Shown here: in pieces, positions 1 through 11,333 of the stretch | Numbering within the stretch: the first letter of the stretch is position 1 | Layout: every line of letters begins with the position of its first letter | Assembly: GCA_964035545.1 (NCBI GenBank) | Contig: OZ037766.1 | Coordinates: 4,702,722 to 4,766,721, forward strand | Direction of reading: 5' to 3' | Length of the DNA: 64,000 bases | Origin: Bugula neritina | Lineage: Eukaryota; Animalia; Bryozoa | Program-made: the position numbers and the translations under genes | Notes under the pieces: model-generated | The model's database searches: none | What the model was told of the DNA's origin: nothing | What the model saw: only the letters and a program-made list of their open reading frames with translations

Positions 1-1302
1 ATATTATACAATATAAATACAGTATGCTGTACCATTATACTGCTGTTTACAGGAGAAGAAATATAATATGATACATGATATATAATATTATATTATAATT
101 ACAATATTATGTTGTTCTGCTGTTTACAGGAGAAGAGCAAGAATTGGCTATAACAGGAAACTCTCCACTGCATTCTGCAGCAAAATTGCTCAAAATTCCT
201 GCAGATAAACTCTTGCGTTGCCTCACAACTCAACTGGTGCCTGTACGTGGGAAATCTGCACTTTTCACCAATACAATCCAGCAAGTAAGTATAGCTCTGC
301 TAACTATATCATTATTTTATTCTACAGATTACATGGCAATTAGTATATATTACGTCCTTATTAGACTGCTTTGCTGATAGTTCTGTTTATCATTATTGTT
401 GGATGGAAATTGAAGACTAATAGAATTTTTAAATGACTTTTATAAATATTTTGAGAATCATGATGAATACGTAAATGAAATTTCTACTGAGGTACCACAA
501 TCTTTGTAGAGATTCATGTTTCAAGCCAACACATGTTTTTAAAAATTCATAACATTATAGTTGCTCTCAGAAGGGGCCACGTAGGAGGGATATGACAATG
601 TGATACAATGTAGCTATTCAGAAGTAGTCTGCTGCAATAGTGTAGACTGATCCTGTCCCATTTCTAATTTAGGCCAACACTCGGAGAAACACTTTAGCTC
701 AAAGTTTATATGGAAGGTTATTCCAATACCTTGTAAATAAAATCAACCAATCAACTGAGTCGAGGGCAGTGCACCCCAGGGCCTCCCTTCAAAGTGGCAA
801 TCATTACAGTGGCAGTTCAGTTACTAATACAGTGAATGTTATTGACTGCATCGGCTTTCAAAATGTGCAGGTTTGTAGCTACATCAATTGTTCACGTTAT
901 ATTTCCAGTTTTTATAATTATTGTATGTCATGTTATTGCATCAGTTATTATAATAAATAACCATAAGAATGTTTACAACATACTGTTGAAAATATACTTC
1001 TATATTAAGTTCTAACCTTAATTATTAATACAGTGCTTAGCAAAAAAAGCTAACTTTCTAAATTAGTCTATCTTTTTTGTAGATTGGAAATTGACAAGTC
1101 CGGAAATCAGTTCACGGTCCATCACTTTGGAGGGAAAATTACTTACAATTGTCAAATACTTTTACTAGAAGATAAGAACTCAATGCCTGATGAAATGGTG
1201 GCTTTATTCGGGAGGAGGGGCGTGACTTCCTCATTGCTCTCTAAACTGTATAGTAGAGAGCTCAAAGATCTAGAAGGTGCTTGTCAGTTTTTAAGGATTT
1301 AC

Positions 1303-1443
1303 ACACTTGATATTACTTAGACACTACTTGATATAACTTAAACAATACTTGATATTACTTAAGCACTACTTAATATAACTTACACACCACTGAATATTAC
1401 TTAAAAACTACTTAATATTACTTAAACACTACTTAATATTACT
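1303..1443 (+). repeat. 21-bp intronic minisatellite (ACACTACTTGATATTACTTAA-like, ~7 units)
   Basis: Visible tandem units directly after the donor at 1277; homologous array at 27630-27770. Confidence 0.9.
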
Positions 1444-1836
1444 GCTAAATGATCTAGTCATGTTAATTCTTAGTTTCAAACAAATTTATTATGCAATTTG
1501 TGTTGGCATCAAGTATGATTGCATTTTGTTTTGATTAAATTTACAGATTTCTACCTTGTAAAATCTGCTACATGCTATCGTCTTTATCTTCTGCTACAAC
1601 TATTGCGCTATAAGCATGTCTGCTTTGTAGCGCCCATTTTTGATGCATTTTTCTAGAGTTTTAGAATTAATTACAAAATACATCTATTTTATGATATATT
1701 TTTTCAGCAAACGGAGGAAAGGCGAAAGGTTACAGTTACTGCGCTGTGCCGTGCCCCTCTATTGGCTACAACATGCAGCCTGGTTGTTATGGTCAGGATT
1801 TCCTCTACAGTCTGGACTGCCTGATGCAGACATTAG

Positions 1837-2030
1837 CTTTCTTCAACACCACATTTGTCAGGTGTATCAAGGTATGCCATCTCTTTCTCAACACCACATT
1901 TGTCAGGTGTATCAAGGTATGCCATGTCTTTCTCCAACACCACATTTGTCAGGTGTATCAAGGTATGCCATGTCTTTCTCCAACACCACATTTGTCAGGT
2001 GTATCAAGGTATGCCACGTCTTTCTTAACA
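1837..2030 (+). repeat. Four tandem copies of a 45/46-bp exon-end plus splice-donor unit
   Basis: Unit CTTTCT(C)CAACACCACATTTGTCAGGTGTATCAAG|GTATGCCAYST, with GT donors at 1872, 1917, 1963 and 2009. Single copy in the intact gene (donor at 28168). Confidence 0.95.
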
Positions 2031-5000
2031 AAGCTACAAGTAGATGACATGCTTCCAGTAGCCATGCCTGTTTAGTAGAATGTTAGTTCAGCCATAATGA
2101 ATTTTATGTGAGCACTACAGTACACTGACTTTTGACATTAGAATCAACACAAGTTTAAATTAGCACAGTTTAATACAGTATCCATCTAATATATAGTCAG
2201 ACTGAGCCACTTAGTTGGAGCAAGATTTTGTTTGAAAATTACCTATCAAATGGTACCTTAAACAGGCGAGTGAAAGTGGTACGCCTCACCTCTGGGATGC
2301 CGAGTACGTCCACAGACAAGTTGTGATGCTGGAGGTGCTCGAGACAACCAAACTGCTTACATCTGGTTTGCCCCATAAACTCTCCTACAAAGATTTTGTA
2401 CACAAGTATCAGTGCATATCAAAGCTGAGATTGAGACCTCCTTCCTGGACATTAGAACATTACCGTGAATTCACACAGGTACACACATTCACGTTCAAAC
2501 TGATTGCCTTTTGTTGTCTTAAGTTTTACCCTCAAGTTATTTACTATAAGACAAGTTTGTTACCTCTTAAAGCACTCCTTCTACTAAGATTTTTGCTGTC
2601 ATTCCAACTGATTTTGCTAACTTGTGGTTTGTACTGATTTCTAGGATATCATTGACCAATATCTGCAAGAATTGGAGAACAAAAGCATACCATACCAGAC
2701 GTCAAACTGGGTCTTTGGCAAAAAGCACATTTTCTTGAGGTATGATCAGGCTGATGACACATAGTTTAGTTGATCTAAGTTGTAATATTGTGTAGCACAG
2801 TCTGCATAATATTAGTAAAAAAAATTAGTTATTTTAAATGATTGTAGCTTTTTCATTTGCATGGTTTGCGAGTATCCAAATGGTGTAATTGGCTTGGAAG
2901 ATTTATGAAAATTAGTAATATTTGTTCTATTCATTATAGCAAACTCAGATTTATGAAATATTATGTAATAATTTATGTTATAATATATTTTACATTTTAC
3001 AGTGATGACTTCAGCCGACAGCTAGACATGCTGCTAAATGATATCAGAGTTTAGTCAGCTTGTAAAATTACGGCAGCGTTTAGAGGTTGGCTAATTCGAG
3101 ACAGTTGGCAGGGTATAATAGAGCACAGGAGAGCTCACAGAAGAGGGGGTAAGGGCAGAGTTCCACATGCCTATGATAGTGGGTACAACACACCCCTGTC
3201 CCACAGACTGCCACACTCTAAACCCCCTACGAGTCAGCCCATAGACAACTACAATCTCTACTCCAAAAACACAGACCATCTTTTTCATTGGAAACCCACA
3301 TTTAAAAACATGGTAGGATGTTGTAACTGTACCAACTTTCTCTGTTTTTACCTGAATACTTTACCTGATACTTATCATTCTGGTATATTTTGTGATTGCT
3401 CATACTTGGTCGCAGTTTAATAAAATTTATGAAAGTTTTCTGGTTTGAAGCAGGACATGGGAACTCCCCCTCTGCCAGATAAAAGGAAATACTCGATATC
3501 AAGGGGAATGAAAGTCTACTTTCCTCAAGTTCGTGTCATGAAGGAAAATATTAATGGTTGGTAGATGATTGAGTAACTCACTTGTGTAAATGCCCACTTA
3601 TTATGTAATCGTTTCTATTCATGTTTAGCAGTAATTAGAACTTCTTGTATCGTGTAAATAATAAACTTATCATAACGTAAACAACCTGGTGTAGTGGCTT
3701 TGTTTAAGTCGACCCACACATAATATAGTGAATTGCGAAATTCACTACAATATTAACCAATTATATGATACAAATAATATTTGGTATAAAGATGCAGGGG
3801 GAGGGTTTGGTTAGCAGCGTAAATAAGGTTTAGAAGAGACTGTTTTAGTTACCTGTCAGATTAGAATACTAACACTTTATGAAAAATTATATATTATATT
3901 GTGCATAGTTGCGAGTAGAATTTATCATGCTTTATTTGTGTCAGATCAGAGAATACACAGTACTTTATATTTTTGCAGAGTAGATACACACAGCAACTTG
4001 ATGTATTTACAGAATGATATGCTAATAGTGACTGTGGTTAGAGCGGATGATTTGAATATATACATATGTATGTTGTATAGCTTAAAAGCTTGTGGTAAAG
4101 TAGTGGAGAAGAAATTCAAACTTCAACATGGTATTGCAAAATAGTTTCCTATGTCAAACTCCATTATGGCCTTGCAAAATGTTTACCAAGGTCAATAGAA
4201 CTAGTTTTTTCTAGGAAATACTTATTTTATTGATGAGAATAGAAGTGTCAAAACAGTTGCGTCCTCATGGTGAAACTGAAAACTGTTTGCTAAACAACAG
4301 AACAACAACAACAACAACAACAGAATTTGTAAACAACAGAAATGTCAAATAGCCTCATTACCATGAAGCTTGCAAGGACTGTGGGAATATTTTACAGCGA
4401 AGTTAGAAGTAGAATTTCTATTAATTATGTCATAAGTGATTAAACTAAAGTATAGATATATATATCATCATTCTCAGAAAATTCCTTAAGATAGCTATAT
4501 TCTTGATGGGAGGCATGATTGTACATATACTGTTCTTTTATGTTTAATTCTTACTTCTGTACTTCACAAGTTATATCTCTGAGATATTCTGCCAGCTCAC
4601 TGAAATATGGCTTCAGAGATGCTGAGGTTTGCCTGAGACTTCCAGTAAGATGGCTGCTATAACAGGTTGATGCAATTACAAATTATTATGTCTGCTCCAC
4701 CACGGTATGTAGACTACAGTTTATCTACAACATTCAAGGAAGAATATAAAGTACATTCAAAAAGTAATAGGCCCAATAATTGAGTGAAGTTAAAGTTTAA
4801 ATGTACAAGTTTTGAGTGAGTTAGATATTTTGGTCCTGCACAGAAATTGCTCTAAACAAAGAATGCATTAATATATTATATATATATATATATGACACAT
4901 GGTTTATAGCTTCTTTAGATAATGCAAATAGTATTATTTAGTAGTGTGGCTTTTAGATAAGTAATTGCGTGTTAGGATAGTACCACATGCCATGATCACG

Positions 5001-5609
5001 TGTTGAAATTTGTAATATTGACTTTTGAAATAAAACACTAATTGATGAACAAATGGGAATGAATAAAAACCTGGAATATATAACAGATGCTGTTCATAAA
5101 TAGAGATATACATACGTATATGTGTGAATATTTATTTACACCAACATATAGATGATATACAACAATTTAGATGCTTAATAAATTATTTATCATTAAAATA
5201 GCCCATTACAAAGATCAACACGTGAGCATTGGCTGATATACATTTTATCATATTATAGTTAAAAATTATTCTTTAAATTATAGACTGAGATACAATTAAC
5301 GATGATATAGCCTGCAGCAAAATACAAAGATGAGTCAACAACAACAACAGACCTCTCTTAGTCAATCCCTATCTTGTCTGCAAACTGACAACATACTTGA
5401 CCGAATTCCATGTCAATTTCTGCCGCCAGTTTTCGTCAGTTGTTACCGGTATCCTTGAAATTTTGAACCACTGCCAAAAAGATCCAGTATAAAAGGAGCC
5501 GCCGAATCCCTGAAAATCAGCAGTAGCAGTGAGTAGTGAGTTGTGGTATGGTTGATGATTCATGAAGAAGATAGAGGCAACCAAAGACAACAAAGACAGT
5601 TGGAATACA

Positions 5610-5611
<2 letters not shown>

Positions 5612-5656
<45 letters not shown>
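5612..5656. repeat. (TA)n microsatellite
   Basis: Directly visible; produces the YIYIYI ORFs in the track. Confidence 0.97.
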
Positions 5657-5658
<2 letters not shown>

Positions 5659-5840
5659 CAGTAGTAACAGTAGTAGTAATAACATTATTAACGCTAAAAG
5701 AAATATCAAGGAAACTGACTATACACATAGTGATATAGACTGATTGCAGTAAGTAACGTTACAATTTTATGTTAAGGATATGTATGTGTATTAACTTCTT
5801 GTATTTTGCTATTTGAACTAACAAGTTTATCAATGTTCTT

Positions 5841-6175
5841 TTAAAGCAGCACAAATTTATTTAAAGAAATTGTTTGAATTAATCTATTAATTTTTTTTAG
5901 GCAGCACAAATTTATTTGAGGAAAATTGTTTGAATTGATTTATTGATTTATTTTAAAAGCAGCACAAATTTATTTGAAGAAAATTGTTTGAATTGATTTA
6001 TTGATTTTGAAGCAGTACAAATTTATATTGAAAAAATAATTGAATTTTAAAACTGCACAAATTTATATTTGAGAAATATTTGAATTGAGAAAATTTATTT
6101 CAAAGCTGCACAAATTTATATTGGAGAATTTATTTTAAGGCTGCACAAATTTATGTTAAAGGAAATATTTTAATA
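5841..6175 (+). repeat. Degenerate tandem repeat, units ~35-57 bp (core GCACAAATTTAT...TTTGAATTGA)
   Basis: About 8 occurrences of G(C/T)ACAAATTTAT with decreasing spacing. Confidence 0.85.
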
Positions 6176-6970
6176 TTGATGTTCTAACTGCAATTCTTTT
6201 GTGTGTTTAGTTTGGATAACTTGTCTATTTCGATTGTCAGATTTGCTAATTTATGTTTGCTAGTATAATGTAAACACAGCAAGGTTTCAAAGGATCGCTA
6301 GGATAATCTTTGTTTTGGTTTGGCTAATTTCTTGTAATATTTTATTATTGTAATTTGCTTGCTTCAATATTATTATCAAATAGATATACATATTATACAA
6401 AACATATATATATTATAATTTCAATTCTTCTGGGGGAGCAAATCCCAAATTTGTCTCACAGAATATTAACCTGAGTGCTAACCATTACACAATACATATA
6501 GAACCACACATATACATTACTACATGATTTCCAAACCAATAATATTTGTCGAGCGAAGATAACTCTTATCTTTGATTAATCAATTGCAAATTATAAAGAA
6601 ATTTTGAAACTGAAAAGTCAATAAATAACTTCACTTCATTTTAACTGACCAATCTGACTAAATCAGAAGTTCAATTTAAATCCGTTTCAAAACTAATTCA
6701 GTTATTTAATTCAGTTATAAACTATAAATTACAAAATTTATCTTATTTTTATTTTTTTTTTTTTGTTCGACATTTGTAAAGCAAATTATTTTACTGATAT
6801 CATATTTTACTATCATTCGAATACCTACATGTATTGATGAAATATTATTTTACTAAATTCGAAGTTGCCTCCTACTTTCTGTCAATTTGAATAACCAATA
6901 GGAGATTAGAACTATTATCACGTGGTCCGGTCGCAGCCACCTTCCTTTTCCAACAAGTCCTCTTGCACAG

Positions 6971-9555
6971 GTAGTAGAAGAACCTGTAGACTCTGAAAAA
7001 CCTGTGGAGAACCCAGCTGCTGATGGTAAGTAGCATCACTGTATAACTGTTGTACTGAGTAGGTGAATATGTTGTGTAATCATGTGTAGCCTAAGTAACT
7101 CGTTCAAAACTCGTGCTAAAAACACTGGGAAGATCTAAAGAAAGGGAAAGACAAAGGCTCCGCAAGGTTTCAGCAATGTCAAGAGATAGCATCTTCCACA
7201 ATTGCATTCTAGTTCCACACATCACTACTGTTCACATGCATTGTACATCTACCGCCAATAGCCTGGTCAAGATTGTAATTGTGGTCTTGCTGCACTTTTT
7301 TTCCACGTATTTCTAATAGTTCTTTTAATTTTGCGATCTTCAAAGCTGAAAGTGGTGTTGTTTCTCAAGAAGACGAGCGTGTTGCCGAAACTGGGGAGGC
7401 TGTGGAACATGAACTCGTAATTTAGTGAAATCTACAGTTGCAGACGATGAAGTTGAAACTGTCATAGACACGGACCCCAATATGTTAGACCCTAGCAAAG
7501 AAAGTGAAGCTGAAAATGAATTATTAAATACTGCGATGGACAGCGAAGTTGATCAGTTTGTTGTACATGTTGATGAATCTGACACCAACTTAGACTATGA
7601 CCTTGGTGATAAGGCTGAAGAGAGAGACGCACCAACTCCAACTAAAGATGAGTCAATGGATGTGGATGCCTCCGATATAGTGCAATCAGAAGAACATAGC
7701 GCATCTGCAGCCGTTGCAGCCGTTACGGCAACTAGCCAGGCAGAGAAATCTGAAGCGACAAGCTCAATGCCTACTTCAGCTACAAAGAGGTTTGTTTCAT
7801 GCAGTTGCTTGTCTTTCTTCATCAAAGTTTTTAATGCTCATGTGAGATGCTTAGTGTTAGGGTTTTTAAAGCAAGTCGTGGAAAATATGGACGCCTGAAG
7901 ACTCCAATGTCCAAGTTGCTTTGATGCTAAGACCAGTGGAAAATATGGCAAGCAACACTGGTGGAAGGAAAACATGCAGATATGAAGAAAGAAAATCTCC
8001 TGCTTTCAATATAATTTCGATCTACTGATGTGTACTCAACACCTGTAAACTGTTGTAAACCAACCAAAATCTCATTTTTCTTAAACTAAAATAAATATGA
8101 ATTGAAATATTAGTTGTATTGTTCTCTATTTTTAGTTTATCGGATGTACGAGTTGATGTGCCAAAAAGAGATTCAAAGGGTAGGATATTTTCTTTTTGTA
8201 TATGAAGTTAAATTATATTATAATCATTATATGTTGAGAAATATCAACTGCTCTGAAATAGCAATTATTGGAGACACAACTGTGACCAAGCCAGATCAGG
8301 TGTTGCAGCTACACTAAACTCAAGTCCCCTAGTAAGCAAGTCCCCTTGCTCATTTTGTGTTACCTGATAATGTTTCAATTTTTTAGATTTGGCAGCTTCA
8401 CAAAATCTTTGGATAAGTAATTTATCATCACTCACTCGTGCTACAGACCTGAAAGCTGTGTTTAGTAAGCATGGCTAGGTTAGTTCCACAAATATTCATA
8501 TTAGGTCTATTGGTGTAATTTTGCTTTGATGTTTTTCCGACATTGTTTGATTCATAATGATGAAAACAACTTGCTGATGCAATCATTTATATACTTGTTG
8601 AATGTTTGCACTATGTGGTATAGAGAATACAGCCAATAATGTTACTCCTAGGTTATTGGCGCTAAAGTTGTCACCAATGCTAATCGTCCCGGTGCGAAAT
8701 GTTACGGCTACGTCACCATGTCTAGTCCTGAGGAAGCGGCCAAGTGCATACAAAATCTTCACCGTACAGAGTTGCATGGCCGCATGATCTCGGTTGAGAA
8801 GGCCAAGAGTGACCCAGCAGCGCAAGCAAGGGCTGCCACCATACGAAAACCTGTTGGCGCTGATGGTAGGTTGAGACTCCGCCATCTTTCAACATTCGAC
8901 CCCATTATCATAACGGTGTTGTAACAGTGCAATCAACCTGGAACAATAACATAACTGCATTATTGCATGTGTGTAACTTTTTAATTCATTATACATAAAG
9001 TCTCTGTTACTTCTATCAACCTCTTCGTGCATGTTCGGGATACTTGCTAGTTTTGTGAGTGAATGTTTGCTTGTTCACCACAGACAAGAAGAAAGAAGAT
9101 TCAACTGCTGCATCAGCACCCAAAGATGAGACAACTTCTGTTGATCATAAAGATGGTTAGTATGTCTAAGTCTCAACTGCTTGCTTGTAGGACCAAGCCG
9201 AGACTATCATGAAAGCTCTTCGCGTCGTGGTGCAAACAATGTAGGCTGGGGTGGAGGCGGCGCCTCGTCTGGCCCTCCCAGTCTTCTTGGGGCTGCCGGA
9301 GGTGAACTCTTCTCTGGTTCTGCTGCCGCTCAAGCAGCCGGTATGATATGGTATGGTATGCAGCCATGAGCAGAGGCTCCACCACCAATGGTAATGGTGG
9401 CAGGTCAGTAATTGCTGCTGTGTCCAGCTCTACAGTTATCCTTTCAGGTTTTCCCATGTATCATTATTTTCAAAGTAGTAAATGAAATACTTTGTAATTG
9501 CAGGTATGCAGGTGGTGGATCTGGTGGAAGTTATGGCAGTGCTAGAAGATATTAG
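6971..9555 (+). pseudogene. SAFB: SAFB/SLTM-like (scaffold attachment factor B) pseudogene, internally deleted
   Basis: RRM across exons 8387-8478 and 8652-8865 reads [77 protein letters not shown], which is the SAFB-family RRM, with TAG (8476-8478) at the conserved Lys. Acidic exons at 6971-7025, 7346-7416 and 7426-7789. The Gly-rich end finishes ARRY* (9504-9555), like SAFB. I see no ATG/SAP-domain exon and no long Arg/Glu-rich region, and exon phases are incompatible at 7416/7426 and 7789/8387. Confidence 0.85.
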
Positions 9556-10290
9556 TGTGTGTTTGTCTAATTAGAATAGTTTATTGCTGCCGTATTCTCA
9601 CCCAAGACTGTACATACTCAGTTTAACAAGGGGATCTCATTGTATTGTAAGAATGTAAACATTCATAGGATAAACAAACATATGAGAAATTCTATAATAG
9701 AAGGGATTAAAATCAGTCAATAAACATTTTATAAAATATTTTTGGTCATATTTGATATAAATGGACTACATGAAAATGAAAGTATTTTCCAATGTATAAA
9801 AACAACACTGTATTATAAGAAATTATTTTGCATAATCCATTGTCAATTTATTAAACTTGTAGCAGGTCCACTAGGTATCATTTACTTAAATTTAATATTG
9901 TCAATTTCTTTCAAGTTTAATTCATAATCATATATTTTTTTAATACCCATGGTTTAATCTATTAAGGGAATTAACAAAAGTTTGTAGCAGTTTCTTCTAC
10001 TTTTTTTCTCGAATAAAGCAAATAGAAGATGCCCAAGTGTAATAGAAATCTAGTTTCTAGAGAAAGTTATTCATTCCATATGATGACTACATCTAAGTTT
10101 AGGTTTGGTCGAGCTGAAATTCAATCAAAATCATTCAGACTTTCTGGTCATCTACATTTATTTGTTAGTCATTTCATTGTTGTGTGGACCACTTTGTAGG
10201 TTATTCATTTCGTACCTATTAAATGTAGGAGTTGTTTTATCTTTGTTCTTATCTTTGCATTAATATATCCTTGTTCCCTGTTACTTATAG

Positions 10291-10398
10291 GCTGCTGGTT
10301 CTAAGCGCCCCATACTGATTCAGCTAACATCAGTTCCCGCTGCGATTGACACAGGCGCACCAAGTGCAGCTAAAGTTTCTAAAAGGGACACATCGTAG
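10291..10398 (+). other. Orphan terminal-exon-like segment (AAGSKRPILIQLTSVPAAIDTGAPSAAKVSKRDTS*)
   Basis: Long pyrimidine tract and TATAG acceptor at 10290, GC-richer open frame to TAG, then UTR-like sequence with AATAAA near 11007 and 11045. No upstream partner exon identified. Confidence 0.35.
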
Positions 10399-11297
10399 CG
10401 TGCTGTTGAGTTTGCCTACATTGCTTGTACATTGTTACTGTATTTTGTAAGGTGTGCTGTTTCACTAGTACACTCCCATGTCTCCTTATTTTTTTATTAC
10501 TATGACATGTGATGGAGCTTCTTTAATTCTAGTAATTATATCTCATGTTGTTACTGCTCTTTTTGCATCTATTGGTTAAATCTATCAAGTAGTGTGTAGG
10601 TAAAACAAATTCTTATTTTCTAACTGGTAGTGAACTTAGTGGCTGTTAACTTTCAATAGCAAGTCGTAGAGTTTTTGTATTGCATAATCTTTTTACAGTT
10701 CAGATTGCAATTTTAGTTTTATAGTACCATGGTTTTATTGAGGTACAAGATATAGTAGATATGGTAGGACAATTTTGGTAATTTCCTAATCTAAGTATTT
10801 GTGATGGTGGTACAGCCACTAAAGTGTGCAGTGTGTACTTGGTATATTTAAGGGCATCTATTTGCTAGTCTATGCACTTGCTAGTCATGACTGACCAGCT
10901 AGCTGCCGTCACTTGTAAATATATGAAAATGACCTACTGTGTATTTTGTATTCCTGTTAGCTTACCATGTATTTCACACTTTATATTACATATTTTTCTA
11001 ATTGTAAATAAATTATAGTAATTGACTTGTAAAATTTGATATCAAATAAATTTTGTCTTCACAATTTTGACTTCAAAATTCTCTATACACGTTTCTATTT
11101 TGAATAAATTGATAGCAAATCCAGTGAGCCATTGAGCAAATACAAGTTGTGTCATTACAGGAAGTCTAATGTTTTCTAACCACACAGTTAGATTATTTGT
11201 TGATAATTTTTATATTGGAGAAACCTATTGCATGGTCTTTACTCAGTTTTGATGTTACCTAGCAGTTAGTAAGATATACCTGGTGCTTATATTGCAG

Positions 11298-11333
11298 TAA
11301 GACCGCCACCGGACCGGGAAATGGCGAAGAAAG
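11298..11333 (+). other. Orphan 36-nt exon-like segment (RPPPDREMAKK)
   Basis: TTGCAG acceptor, AAG|GTGAGA donor, GC-rich island in AT-rich DNA, symmetric phase 1, internal ATG at 11321. Confidence 0.35.

Larger units (their letters stand above)
130..3556 (+). pseudogene. Partial duplicate (pseudogene) of the dachs-like myosin; its 5' part lies upstream of the window
   Basis: Exons 130-284, 673-870, 1083-1276, 1708-1871, 2266-2478, 2645-2739, 3003-3312 and 3454-3556 match, with identical lengths, exons 25378-25532, 25911-26108, 27410-27603, 28004-28167, 28427-28639, 28806-28900, 29167-29476 and 29618-29720 of the intact copy. Introns are also homologous. Lesions: two exons deleted (frameshift, ATT GGA AAT TGA from 1083), TAG at 3052-3054 where the intact copy has AAG (29216-29218), IQ motif IQAAFRG changed to ITAAFRG, and homology ends at 3583 (=29747) so the last exon is missing. 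Confidence 0.93.
5286..6460 (+). mobile_element. Possible solo LTR or other insertion
   Basis: TGAGA...TCTCA(CA) ends, TATAAAAG near 5488 followed ~25 nt later by TCAGCAGT, internal (TA)n and tandem repeats. No clean target-site duplication and no coding sequence. Confidence 0.25.

Noticed and set aside
1837-2030. CRISPR-like array
   Set aside because: Head-to-tail units with no unique spacers, derived from a myosin exon end, in a eukaryotic context with no cas genes.
3052-8478. TAG reassignment or readthrough, since both nonsense codons (3052, 8476) are TAG at Lys/AAG positions
   Set aside because: Both loci carry independent deletions and frame breaks, TAG is the normal stop for SORD (62120) and the SAFB end (9553), and AAG to TAG is a single substitution.
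6971-9555. SAFB copy as a functional gene or a processed retrocopy
   Set aside because: The in-frame stop in the RRM, missing start/SAP exon and phase conflicts argue against function. Several full-length introns are retained, which argues against retroposition.
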